Assembly: GCA_964464855.1 (NCBI GenBank)
Contig: CAYXHJ010000001.1
Span: 1 to 27,882 of the forward strand
Direction of reading: 5' to 3'
Source: an uncultured Owenweeksia sp.
Lineage (GTDB): Bacteria; Bacteroidota; Bacteroidia; Flavobacteriales; Schleiferiaceae
Length of the DNA stretch: 27,882 nt
Shown here: positions 1 through 9,471 of the stretch, one piece after another
How positions within the stretch are numbered: the first letter of the stretch is position 1
Layout of the letters: each line of letters starts with the position of its first letter
Notes under the pieces: model-generated
What the model was told of the DNA's origin: nothing
Databases searched by the model: none
Seen by the model: only the letters and a program-made list of their open reading frames with translations
Position numbers and translations under genes: made by a program

Positions 1-1482
1 GCCCAGCATCACATACGCCTGGCGGTGTTCGGACCAGTTGACGCGCTGGGCCCAGAAGCGGGCGATTCCCAGCAGTACTTCCAAGCCAAATTCAGCCAAG
101 TAGGTGCGGTCCAAGGTGTAGCGCTCGTAGGTGTAAATGCCGTAGGCAATGGCGCCGTTGCGGTGGATTTCCTCAAAGGTGATCTCCCATTCGTTGTGGC
201 ACTCCTCCCCGTTCATGGTGACCATGGGGTAGAGGGCGGCTCCGTTTTTGAAGCCGAGTTTGGCCGCGTTTTCGATGGCCTTGTCCAGGTGTTTGTACCG
301 GTATACCAGCAAATTACGGGCCACTTTGGGGTCCGCGCTGGCGAGGTAGAAAGGAAGGCAGTAGGCCTCGGTGTCCCAGTAGGTCGAGCCGCCGTACTTC
401 TCGCCGGTGAAGCCCTTGGGTCCAATATTCAAGCGTTCGTCGACGCCCGTAAACGTTTGCAGTAGATGAAAAATATTGAACCGGATGCCCTGCTGCGCGG
501 CCTCATCTCCGTCGATCGCAATGTCTGCCGTGTCCCACTTGGCGCGCCACGCTGCGCGGTGTTCCGCCAACAGGGCGACCCAACCCGCCGCCGCCGCCTC
601 GCGTGCCCGCTCGGCCGCGCGCGCCGGAACTTCCTCCGCCGGAGCGTTGAAGGACGAAACCACGCCGGCGTACTTGGTCAACACCAGCGTTTGGCCGGCA
701 TTGACGGGGCCCTCCCAGGCGTTTTCAGCCCAGCCGGTGCGCGCTTCCGCGCTCCATGCACCCGTGGTGGCATCCAGCTCGCCTCCATCCGCCCATTCCC
801 ACGTGCAGTACTGTGCGGCGGCCACGCGAAAGGCGGTTTTCTTGGTTTCGGAAACCACCCAGCCCTCGCGGTTGGCGGCCTGTGCGTCTTGCGCGTTCCA
901 AAACGTCTCTTCCCAGTTGGCGTCGTGGTTGGTGACGTTGAAATCCAATGCGGCGGCCAGACGGAGGTTGGCGGCACGGTCCGTTCGAACGGTGTAACGA
1001 ACGGCGCCAATTTCGTCCCGAACGATGCTGAGGATGCGTGTAGCGTCTACGGAAACCGCGGTGCCGTCGGGCATTTGGGCCGTAAACGTTCGGGTCAAAA
1101 CGCCGTGTTCCAAGTCCAGTTCGCGGTAAAAGGATTCTACCGCACAGGTGTTCAAATCCAGTTCGACGCCGTTGATGTGCGCGCGAATGGCGATCCAATT
1201 CACGCTGTTCAGGACCTTGGCGAAGTACTCCGGATAGCCGTTTTTCCACCAGCCCACCTTGGTCTTGTCTGGGTAGTACACGCCGGCGATGTAGGAGCCG
1301 GGCAGGGTGCTGCCCGTAAACGTTTCTTCGTGGTTGGCGCGTTGCCCCATGCGGCCGTTGCCCAAAGCAAACAAGCTTTCGGATTCGATGTGTCGGTCTG
1401 CATTCCACTGGTTTTCAACTAGTTTCCAGGGATGTATGGCCACATGAGAGGCGCGTTTGGTGCTGAGAACGGAGGAAGACAT
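1..1482 (-). CDS. GH65 family maltose phosphorylase-like glycoside phosphorylase (5' part; runs off the window at position 1)
   Basis: Missing from the ORF track because its stop lies outside the window. Translated by hand from ATG at 1482: MSSSVLSTKRASHVAIHPWKLVENQWNADRHIESESLFALGNGRMGQRANHEE...GSYIAGVYYPDKTKVGWWKNGYPEYFAKVLN...QQGIRFNIFHLLQT...RLNIGPKGFTGEKYGGSTYWDTEAY...GLEVLLGIARFWAQRV...YVMLG. These are hallmark motifs of Bacteroidota GH65 maltose phosphorylases, and the gene is adjacent to pgmB. Confidence 0.92.
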   Translation of the reverse strand, partial: MSSSVLSTKRASHVAIHPWKLVENQWNADRHIESESLFALGNGRMGQRANHEETFTGSTLPGSYIAGVYYPDKTKVGWWKNGYPEYFAKVLNSVNWIAIRAHINGVELDLNTCAVESFYRELDLEHGVLTRTFTAQMPDGTAVSVDATRILSIVRDEIGAVRYTVRTDRAANLRLAAALDFNVTNHDANWEETFWNAQDAQAANREGWVVSETKKTAFRVAAAQYCTWEWADGGELDATTGAWSAEARTGWAENAWEGPVNAGQTLVLTKYAGVVSSFNAPAEEVPARAAERAREAAAAGWVALLAEHRAAWRAKWDTADIAIDGDEAAQQGIRFNIFHLLQTFTGVDERLNIGPKGFTGEKYGGSTYWDTEAYCLPFYLASADPKVARNLLVYRYKHLDKAIENAAKLGFKNGAALYPMVTMNGEECHNEWEITFEEIHRNGAIAYGIYTYERYTLDRTYLAEFGLEVLLGIARFWAQRVNWSEHRQAYVMLG

Positions 1483-1498
1483 GCGCGTTTCGTTCGTT

Positions 1499-2278
1499 TT
1501 AGGAGGGGAGGTTGGTGTTGGGGGTTGCGGCGGAATCGGCGGCCGCGGCGCCATCAGCAGCGTGGTGAGTGGCAGCGGCGTCCTTGGCCTCAACGGGAGC
1601 CGCCGCGTTCGCCCGCGCCGCCGCGCGCGCTTCTACGTCTGCAACCAAGGCACGCGGATCTTGGCCTTGAAGGTCCGGGAGCACGCGGTGCGCATGGGGC
1701 AGGGCTTCCGGCGTGCCCAAGCCCAACGCAAGCATTCCGGCGCGGAGTGCCGCTTCGATTCCGGCAGCGGCGTCTTCCACCACCAGGCATTCGTGGGGGA
1801 GCAGGTTCAGTTTGCGCGCACCTTCCAAAAAGACCGTCGGGTCCGGTTTGCTGGCAGTGACGTCGTTGCCGTCCACCGTGGCGTCAAAAAAGCTCAAAAG
1901 TCCCACTTTGTCCAAGATGGGCAGCGCGTTTTTGCTGGCTGAACCCAAAGCAATGCGGTAGCCGGCTTCGCGCGCGCCACGCAGGAATTCGGCCGCACCG
2001 GGGAGGACGTCGGCCGTGGTCATGGAGGAAACGTCGTCCAAGTACCACGCGTTTTTGGTGGTCATCCAGCGTTCCATCTCCGGCTCGGGCAGGGTGAGCC
2101 CGCCCCAGGCGAGGATTTTTTCCAAGGAGGCCCTGCGGGAAACGCCTTTGAGTTGCTCGTTTTCGTCGTGCCCAAAGGCAATTCCCAACTCGCCGGCCAT
2201 GCGCTGCCACGCCAAAAAATGAAATTTAGCGGTATCGACCAAGACACCGTCCAGGTCGAAAAGAAGGCCGCGGATCAT
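1499..2278 (-). CDS. pgmB: Beta-phosphoglucomutase (HAD superfamily) with Ala-rich C-terminal tail
   Basis: HAD motif I FDLDGVLVDTAKFHFLAW, LKGVSR, SASKNA, SKPDP and VVEDAAAG. Sits next to a GH65 phosphorylase, which produces beta-glucose-1-phosphate. Confidence 0.93.
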   Translation of the reverse strand: MIRGLLFDLDGVLVDTAKFHFLAWQRMAGELGIAFGHDENEQLKGVSRRASLEKILAWGGLTLPEPEMERWMTTKNAWYLDDVSSMTTADVLPGAAEFLRGAREAGYRIALGSASKNALPILDKVGLLSFFDATVDGNDVTASKPDPTVFLEGARKLNLLPHECLVVEDAAAGIEAALRAGMLALGLGTPEALPHAHRVLPDLQGQDPRALVADVEARAAARANAAAPVEAKDAAATHHAADGAAAADSAATPNTNLPS

Positions 2279-3153
2279 GCGCTTGCGGGCTGCAGAATGT
2301 GCAACACGTCCAGGTGGTAGCGAATCAAATTGTTCACGGGCTTAGCTTGGGTTCTTCCGTACACCAGTCCGCGTTTGTTCACCTCTTCCACCAGCAATGC
2401 TTCAAACGTTTTGGCCACCGATCCCACAAAATTGACTTCAGCGGCACCGGTTCGGGCTTCCTCAAAGCACAGCACGTGGATGTCTAGAAACTTCGCAAAA
2501 CCGTCGCGTACGATGTTTTCGATGTACGGGTGGCTGGCGTGAGCACCGGCAAACCGACTGTACGAAGCCAAGTAAACGTTGGCGTGCGGCTTGTTGTACA
2601 CCGACGCAAAGATTTCCTCTTTGCTGGGGTGGTACGTTTCCACAAAGTCTGCGTACAGTTCAGCGGGCATCAATTTGTAGAGGTAGTCGGCCACCAAGCG
2701 CTTCCCAATGAAGCTGGCGGAACCTTCGTCGCCCAAGATGTAGGCCAGTGCAGGCACTTCTTCACGGATTGTACTGCCGTCAAAGTAGCACGAATTGCTG
2801 CCCGTGCCCAAGATGCACGAGATCTGGGGCTTGCCAGCGTACGTAGCGAAGGCGGAGGCATACAAATCGTGGTCTACGCGCACGGTGGCTTGCGTAAATA
2901 CGCGGGACAAGCCTTCCGCCACCACGGCATTGAGGGCGTCGCTGCTGCAGCCTGCGCCGTAGAACCAAACCTGAAGGACTTGCGACGCGTAGCCCATCAA
3001 CTCCGATTGAGCCCGGAGTTCGTGTTCGATGACGTCTGCGGAGTGAAAGAAGGGGTTGAAACCCATGAGGTTCCAACGGTTAATTTCCTCGCCTTGACCG
3101 TTGAGCAACACCCAGTCGGCCTTGGTGGAACCGCTCTCTACAATGAATACCAT
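2275..3153 (-). CDS. BadF/BadG/BcrA/BcrD-family ATPase, N-acetylglucosamine-kinase/glucokinase-like sugar kinase
   Basis: N-terminal IVESGSTKADW, GFNPFF, FYGAGC, ILGTGSNSC and ILGDEGS motifs of the ASKHA NagK-like family. Its stop overlaps the pgmB start by 4 bp (ATGA). Confidence 0.85.
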   Translation of the reverse strand: MVFIVESGSTKADWVLLNGQGEEINRWNLMGFNPFFHSADVIEHELRAQSELMGYASQVLQVWFYGAGCSSDALNAVVAEGLSRVFTQATVRVDHDLYASAFATYAGKPQISCILGTGSNSCYFDGSTIREEVPALAYILGDEGSASFIGKRLVADYLYKLMPAELYADFVETYHPSKEEIFASVYNKPHANVYLASYSRFAGAHASHPYIENIVRDGFAKFLDIHVLCFEEARTGAAEVNFVGSVAKTFEALLVEEVNKRGLVYGRTQAKPVNNLIRYHLDVLHILQPASA

Positions 3154-3162
3154 GGCCTCAAG

Positions 3163-4185
<1,023 letters not shown>

Positions 4186-5157
4186 TTAGATGGAAAGAAT
4201 CTTGGCCATGCGCAGGAGTTCCAAATCCAGCGGGGCTTTGTTGAAAATTGCTTGTTGAAAGAAGGTGTGGGTAATGCGACCGTCCACAACGCCCACCATC
4301 AAATCGGTCTTGCCGTTGAGCAAGGCCTCCACCGCTGCAACACCCAATTGACTGGCGTTCACACGGTCCAAACAACTGGGTGCGCCGCCGCGTTGAAGGT
4401 GGCCCAAAATGGTGACTTTGGTGTCCGCATCCGGGAAGCGCGCCCGGACGGCGTCCGCAATCGCGAAGGTGGACCCAATTTTATTTCCTTCCGCCACTAC
4501 AATGATGTTGGACGTTTTTTTGTTTTCCGCTCCGCGTTCCAAGGCCGTGATGACCTCCTCCAGGGTGGTGTTTTGCTCCGGCAAAATAACGGCCAAGGCG
4601 CCTGTGGCCAAGCCCGTGTGCAGTGCGATGAACCCAGCGTCGCGCCCCATGACCTCCACAAAAAAGAGTCGGTTGTGGGAATTGGCCGTGTCCCGAATCT
4701 TGTCGATGCATTCCATGACCGTGTTGCACGCGGTGTCGTAGCCAATGGTCAGGTCCGTGCCAAAGAGGTCGTTGTCTATGGTTCCTGGGATGCCTACCAC
4801 GGGAAGGGCGTGTTCTTCCCACAGCAAGTGTGCACCGGTGAAGGTTCCGTTTCCACCAATCACCACCAGGCCATCAATTCCCTGCGTACGCATTTGCGCC
4901 GCGGCCTCAGCCCGTCCTTCCGGCGTGCGGAAACGATCCGACCGCGCCGATTTCAACACGGTGCCGCCCATTTCCAGGATGTTTTTAACGCTCTTGGCGT
5001 TTAACTCCGTGGTTTCGCCGGCGATCAAACCGTCGTATCCGCGGTACACGCCCAACACGCGTTTGCCGTAAAAAACACCGGTCCGCACCACAGCGCGGAT
5101 GGCGGCGTTCATGCCAGGAGCGTCGCCCCCTGAGGTTAAAACTGCTAACGTTTTCAC
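4186..5157 (-). CDS. pfkA: ATP-dependent 6-phosphofructokinase
   Basis: GTG start. Motifs LTSGGDAPGMNAAIRAVVR, GGTVLKSAR, PGTIDND, EVMGRDAG and LGHLQRGG. Gly at both specificity positions indicates the ATP-dependent type. Confidence 0.96.
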   Translation of the reverse strand: MKTLAVLTSGGDAPGMNAAIRAVVRTGVFYGKRVLGVYRGYDGLIAGETTELNAKSVKNILEMGGTVLKSARSDRFRTPEGRAEAAAQMRTQGIDGLVVIGGNGTFTGAHLLWEEHALPVVGIPGTIDNDLFGTDLTIGYDTACNTVMECIDKIRDTANSHNRLFFVEVMGRDAGFIALHTGLATGALAVILPEQNTTLEEVITALERGAENKKTSNIIVVAEGNKIGSTFAIADAVRARFPDADTKVTILGHLQRGGAPSCLDRVNASQLGVAAVEALLNGKTDLMVGVVDGRITHTFFQQAIFNKAPLDLELLRMAKILSI

Positions 5158-5191
5158 GAGTGCAAAGATGCGTCTTTTTTAAGCGCGCAAC

Positions 5192-5199
5192 CAAAGATA
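5192..5199 (-). promoter_or_regulatory. Bacteroidota -7 promoter element TATCTTTG for the pfkA operon
   Basis: Plus-strand CAAAGATA is a perfect TAnnTTTG on the minus strand, about 35 bp upstream of the pfkA start. Confidence 0.7.
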
Positions 5200-5217
5200 G
5201 TGTATTTTTTACACTAT
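5197..5217. promoter_or_regulatory. Candidate NrtR-family operator 1 (ATAGTGTA-TTTTT-TACACTAT)
   Basis: Perfect 8-bp inverted repeat with 5-bp spacer. It contains the GT-N7-AC core described for NrtR-family sites and overlaps the pfkA -7 element. Confidence 0.8.
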
Positions 5218-5224
5218 ACAAGAT

Positions 5225-5241
5225 GGTGTATGCATTACACT
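5225..5241. promoter_or_regulatory. Candidate NrtR-family operator 2 (GGTGTA-TGCAT-TACACT)
   Basis: Second GTGTA-N5-TACAC copy 26 bp from the first, lying 8 bp upstream of the regulator's -7 element. Confidence 0.75.
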
Positions 5242-5249
5242 CCTTCGTT

Positions 5250-5257
5250 TATCTTTG
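5250..5257 (+). promoter_or_regulatory. Bacteroidota -7 promoter element TATCTTTG for the regulator-MFS transcript
   Basis: Perfect TAnnTTTG ending 7 bp before the ATG at 5265, implying a nearly leaderless mRNA. Confidence 0.7.
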
Positions 5258-5264
5258 TTAACCT

Positions 5265-5957
5265 ATGGTAAATCCAAACGTTTCCGTGGACTGCGTCGTA
5301 TTTGGTTTCGACGGCGACGGACTCAATGTATTGTTGATCGAACAGAAGGACGTAGGTCAGCGCATCCGCCTGGCTTTGCCGGGGGACTTGGTGCTGGACG
5401 AAGAGAGTTTGCACGAGGCCGCGCAGCGGGTATTGTGGGAATTAACCGGCCTGGCGGGCGTCTACCTGCACCAATGCGGGGCCTTTGGCGATCCCAACCG
5501 CGTTCGCGACGTGAAGGACTTGGCTTGGTTGCAGAGTTACCGCGAAAACCCGCAAGCGCGCGTCATCACGGTGGCCTATTTTGCACTTTTGAAGAGTGAG
5601 GACTTTAATCCGCACGCTTCCAGTTTTGCGGAACGCGTATTTTGGCAGCCCGTCTACCAGGTTCCGGAATTGGCATTTGACCACAACGCCATTTTCAATC
5701 AAGCGCTCAAAATCCTCCGAAAGGAGATGCGCCACCGCCAAGTAGGCCACGAACTGCTTCCGGAGAAATTCACCTTGAGCCAGTTGCAAACCCTGCACGA
5801 AGCCATTTTTGGTGAAGTCTTGGACAAGCGCAACTTCCGCAAGAAAATCATCAAAGAAAAGTGGGTTTTGCCCCTGGAAGAAAAGCAAAAAGGAGTGGTG
5901 CACAAGCCGGCCCGACTCTACGAAATCAACGCAAACACCCCGGTATTGGAGGAATAA
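5265..5957 (+). CDS. NrtR/AraR-family transcriptional regulator (degenerate Nudix domain plus C-terminal winged HTH)
   Basis: SVDCVVFGFD...LPGDLV..ESLHEAAQRVLWELTGL (Nudix fold), RVITVAYFAL, LAFDH, and the wHTH segment LLPEKFTLSQLQTLHEAIFGEVLDKRNFRKKI...HKPARLY. Confidence 0.9.
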   Translation: MVNPNVSVDCVVFGFDGDGLNVLLIEQKDVGQRIRLALPGDLVLDEESLHEAAQRVLWELTGLAGVYLHQCGAFGDPNRVRDVKDLAWLQSYRENPQARVITVAYFALLKSEDFNPHASSFAERVFWQPVYQVPELAFDHNAIFNQALKILRKEMRHRQVGHELLPEKFTLSQLQTLHEAIFGEVLDKRNFRKKIIKEKWVLPLEEKQKGVVHKPARLYEINANTPVLEE

Positions 5958-6074
5958 AGGCCCGGCCCGTTGCGGGATAGCGCGTTGGACGTGCTGCACC
6001 AATGCGGGCAATGAACGTCCTCCACCGTGTTTAAACCGGTACCAATTCCACTCAACGATTGAACAACCTACCGC

Positions 6075-7418
6075 ATGGAACAAAAAAGACTTTCCTTTTG
6101 GCAAATCTGGAACATGAGTTTTGGATTCTTGGGCATTCAGTTTGGCTTTGCCCTGCAAGGCGGATTCATGTCCACCATCTTCCAAAACCTGGGCGCCAGC
6201 AAAGACGAATTGCCCGGATTGTGGATTGCCGCGCCGCTCACCGGTCTGCTGGTGCAGCCGATCATTGGTTATTTGTCCGACCGCACGTGGAGTCCGCGTT
6301 GGGGCCGACGTCGTCCGTACTTCTTGGTGGGCGCTGTCCTGAGCACCTTGGCGCTGTTTTTTGTACCCAGCTCGCCAACCCTTTGGATTGCAGCTGGTTT
6401 CCTCTGGGTTCTGGACGCGTCGATCAACATTTCCATGGAGCCGTTCCGTGCCTTGGTGGCCGATAAATTGCCCGACGAGCAACGTTCGTACGGTTTTGTG
6501 GCACAGACCTTGATCATTGGTATTGGTACGTGGATTGCCAGCAACTTGCCTTGGTTGGTGAGCACCCTGGGCGTCTCCACCACCGCACCGGAGGGTGAAA
6601 TACCCCCATCCGTGCACTGGGCTTTTGCCATTGGTGCTCTAGTTTTCATGGGCTCCATTTTGTGGACCGTCTTCACCACCACCGAAGAACCGCCCTCCGA
6701 TCTGGACGCTTTTCGGGCACACCGACGCGAAACGGCCGGCATTGCGGGCGCTCTGCGCGAGATCACCAGCAGCTTTCGGTACATGCCGTCCGTGATGTGG
6801 AAGTTGGGATTGGTGCAGTTTTTCAGTTGGTTTGCCTTCTTCACCATGTGGAACTTTGCATCGCCTGCTTTGGCCGAACACGTGTACGGCGCGGTGATGC
6901 CGTTGGAGGGCGCTGGGGACTACTTGGCGCAAAAAGCAGCCTACAATGAGGCCGCTGCCACCGTGGGCAGTTCCATGGGCATGTACGGCTTGAGTTCCAT
7001 GGCCTTTGCCTTTTTGCTCACGATTTACGCCGCCAAACGCGCTTTGAACCGACGGTTGGTGCACTTGCTTTCGTTGGCCGCCGGGGGTGCCGGTTTCTTG
7101 CTCATGGTGTACGTTACGGAGCAAAACGACGGCCTCCTGAATGTAGCTTTTGCTTTAATTGGAATTGCATGGGGCAGCATTTTGTCCATGCCGTACGCCA
7201 TTTTGTCCAGCGAAGTGGACCCGTCCAAGATGGGCATCACCATGGGTCTGTTCAACATGTTCATTGTGATTCCGCAAATTGTTGCTGCGTTGGGCGGAAT
7301 CAATTGGGCGTACAAGACGTTTTTGGGCGAGGCCACCATCAATACGATGGTTTTGGCGGGCATCAGCTTGCTCCTGGGCGCGTTGTCCTCCCTGGTACTG
7401 CCCGCCAAGAAGGGGTAG
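6075..7418 (+). CDS. MFS transporter, SLC45/GPH sucrose-maltose-like (probable maltose/maltooligosaccharide permease)
   Basis: LSFWQIWNMSFGFLGIQFGFALQ N-terminus, SDRTWS.RWGRRRPY loop, EPFRALVAD and GLFNMFIVIPQI, with about 12 hydrophobic segments. Typical of Bacteroidota maltose loci. Confidence 0.85.
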   Translation: MEQKRLSFWQIWNMSFGFLGIQFGFALQGGFMSTIFQNLGASKDELPGLWIAAPLTGLLVQPIIGYLSDRTWSPRWGRRRPYFLVGAVLSTLALFFVPSSPTLWIAAGFLWVLDASINISMEPFRALVADKLPDEQRSYGFVAQTLIIGIGTWIASNLPWLVSTLGVSTTAPEGEIPPSVHWAFAIGALVFMGSILWTVFTTTEEPPSDLDAFRAHRRETAGIAGALREITSSFRYMPSVMWKLGLVQFFSWFAFFTMWNFASPALAEHVYGAVMPLEGAGDYLAQKAAYNEAAATVGSSMGMYGLSSMAFAFLLTIYAAKRALNRRLVHLLSLAAGGAGFLLMVYVTEQNDGLLNVAFALIGIAWGSILSMPYAILSSEVDPSKMGITMGLFNMFIVIPQIVAALGGINWAYKTFLGEATINTMVLAGISLLLGALSSLVLPAKKG

Positions 7419-7441
7419 TTTGGAGATCGGTAAGGATCGGG

Positions 7442-7485
7442 AAAAAAAGGCACCCCGGGCGCGCAGCGCCCGGGGTGCCTTTTTT
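7442..7485. terminator. Bidirectional intrinsic terminator between the convergent MFS and GH13 genes
   Basis: A7-GGCACCCCGGGCGC-GCA-GCGCCCGGGGTGCC-T6, a perfect 14-bp stem with tracts on both sides. Confidence 0.9.
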
Positions 7486-7515
7486 GATGCCTTTTTTGAT
7501 TCCTTTTTTGATGCC
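7477..7515. repeat. 12-bp tandem repeat (GCCTTTTTTGAT) x3 plus GCC
   Basis: Units at 7477, 7489 and 7501 (the third has TCC for GCC). The first unit is the terminator's 3' arm end and T tract. Confidence 0.85.
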
Positions 7516-7552
7516 GTTGGCGACGTGTGTGTGCCGCGGAGCACCCATGAGT

Positions 7553-9430
7553 TTACCGCTGAAATTCAAAGATTTCAGACGACCACGCTCCCGCCTCCCA
7601 ACGTTCGTTCAAGCGAACCGGGGTTCGGTCCAAAGCGCGAACCGCGTCCCGTTTTTTGTTGAGCAACTCGTCGAACCGCTCCATGGAAACCGATGCTGGT
7701 TGGTCGCTGGCGTTCACCACCGTTAAGATCAGTCGGTCTTGGGTGTACCGGGCTACTACGTACAAGCCGTTTTCCGGTGCAAACTGCATCATTTTTCCGT
7801 GGTGCAGTGCGGCTTGAGAACGTCGGTAATTGCCCAACTTTTGGACGAAGTCAAAGGCTTCCTGCTCCTGCGGCGTCCGACCGGCGGCGGTGAACGCATT
7901 GCGCGGATCGCCCGGCCAACCTCCGGGAACGTCTTCGCGCATGGTGCCGTGGTTTTCCGTGGACCTCATCAGTAACTCAGTGCCGTAGTACAGGCAGGGA
8001 ATGCCTCGGAGGGTGTAGAGAAGGGTCAGTCCCAGCTTGTATTTGCGAAAGTCCTCCCCGCACAGGCCAAAATACCGACCTTCGTCGTGGTTGTCCGCGA
8101 AGGTCACGAGTCGGTACGGATCCTGGTACAGGTAATCGCCGGCCAGGGATTGGTACAGTTTGCCCACCCCTTCGTTCCAGCCCGACGGCTTCGTCACGGT
8201 CTCTTTGATGGCGAAATACGTTTGAAAATCGGTGACGGAATTCAGTCGATTGTCCGACGGCCGAAGTGGAAATCCGCCCGCGAAATAGGCCTGGCTTTGG
8301 TGGTTGTGCACCCAGGTTTCGCCAAACAAGACCATGCGCGGGTAGTGCGTGCGCACCACCTTGTTGAGGCGGGCCATGAAGTTCTGGTTGGGATAGGTGT
8401 AGGTGTCGATTCGGAGGGCGTCGATACCCGCCTCTTCAATCCACCACAAGGTGTTTTGAATTAAGTAGTTGGCAGCGTCCTTGTTCTCCAAATTCCAGTC
8501 CGGCATGGCGTCGTCGAACCAGCCGCGTTCAAAGAAGTCCTTGTCTCTTTGGGAGGCGTACGGGTCAAACAGCGTGGTTTCCCGGTAGTTGGAGCGCGGG
8601 TATTTCTTTTTGGGGTTGAACCACGAGGAATCCGGTTGCGCTTGGTGGAGGTAGTGCATGTCGCCGGCGTGGTTGTAGACCACGTCCATCACGTGCTTCA
8701 TGCCGCGTGCGTGCAGGGCGTCGGAAAGGCGCAGCAAATCCGCGTGCGTCCCAAACCGGGGATCCACCAGGTAGTGGTCCGTGATGGCGTACCCGTGGTA
8801 GGAGGCGCGCACTTGGTTGTTGGCCAGCCACGGGTTGATCCAAACCGCCGTAACGCCCAAGGATTGAACGTAGTCCAAGTGTTTTTCAATTCCTACTAAA
8901 TCGCCGCCGTGGCGGTCGTAGGGAGCTTTTCGGTTCAAACTCATCTCCAATTGGCCGTCTATGCGGTCGTTCTTGAGGTCTCCGTTGGCAAAGCGGTCCG
9001 GCGTAATCAAGTACATATGGTCCGACGCGTCCAGCCCCATGAGCTGTCTTTTGGAGGCGTCGCGCGGTTTTAAGGCGTAGGTAAAACTCAGGTTGCCCGA
9101 CGGTGTTTGCACGGTAAAGGGCAGGTTTACGGGTTGTGCGTTGGGGTTCAACCACAGCACAATCTTTAGGTAGCCACCGTTTTTCAACACCGTGGACGAC
9201 AGCATCCGTACCTGAGTACTTTTGAAGGCAGGAATCACCGTGCACTTTCCTTGCAAAGTGGGTGATTTAACCAACAAACGCAGCGTATCGTTGGCCATAC
9301 CCACCCACCAATGGGGCGGATCTACCCGTTCGGGGGCGGTTGGGCCTTTGTCTGCCCAGGCAATACCCGCGGTGAGGAGCAGTAGAGCAACGATACTTAG
9401 GGTGCGGTTCACTAATTTTTTCCGGAACAT
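7553..9430 (-). CDS. GH13 neopullulanase/cyclomaltodextrinase (SusA-like), with signal peptide
   Basis: N-terminal RVDPPHWWVGM, YLITPDRFANGD, HGGDLVGI, YHGYAITD, region I MDVVYNH, region II ALRIDT, region III GETW, region IV FADNHD and LYYGTE. SPI-type signal with no lipobox Cys. Confidence 0.92.
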   Translation of the reverse strand: MFRKKLVNRTLSIVALLLLTAGIAWADKGPTAPERVDPPHWWVGMANDTLRLLVKSPTLQGKCTVIPAFKSTQVRMLSSTVLKNGGYLKIVLWLNPNAQPVNLPFTVQTPSGNLSFTYALKPRDASKRQLMGLDASDHMYLITPDRFANGDLKNDRIDGQLEMSLNRKAPYDRHGGDLVGIEKHLDYVQSLGVTAVWINPWLANNQVRASYHGYAITDHYLVDPRFGTHADLLRLSDALHARGMKHVMDVVYNHAGDMHYLHQAQPDSSWFNPKKKYPRSNYRETTLFDPYASQRDKDFFERGWFDDAMPDWNLENKDAANYLIQNTLWWIEEAGIDALRIDTYTYPNQNFMARLNKVVRTHYPRMVLFGETWVHNHQSQAYFAGGFPLRPSDNRLNSVTDFQTYFAIKETVTKPSGWNEGVGKLYQSLAGDYLYQDPYRLVTFADNHDEGRYFGLCGEDFRKYKLGLTLLYTLRGIPCLYYGTELLMRSTENHGTMREDVPGGWPGDPRNAFTAAGRTPQEQEAFDFVQKLGNYRRSQAALHHGKMMQFAPENGLYVVARYTQDRLILTVVNASDQPASVSMERFDELLNKKRDAVRALDRTPVRLNERWEAGAWSSEIFEFQR

Positions 9431-9452
9431 GAGCGGTATAGCGTTTGAGAAA

Positions 9453-9460
9453 CGAAGGTA
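9453..9460 (-). promoter_or_regulatory. Possible -7 promoter element (TACCTTCG) for the GH13 gene
   Basis: One mismatch to TAnnTTTG, located between the upstream terminator and the GH13 ATG. Confidence 0.4.
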
Positions 9461-9471
9461 GGGTATTGAGC

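Noticed and set aside
7477-7515. Possible mini-CRISPR or repeat array
   Set aside because: The units are 12 bp, directly adjacent with no spacers, and there are no cas genes. It is a simple tandem duplication.
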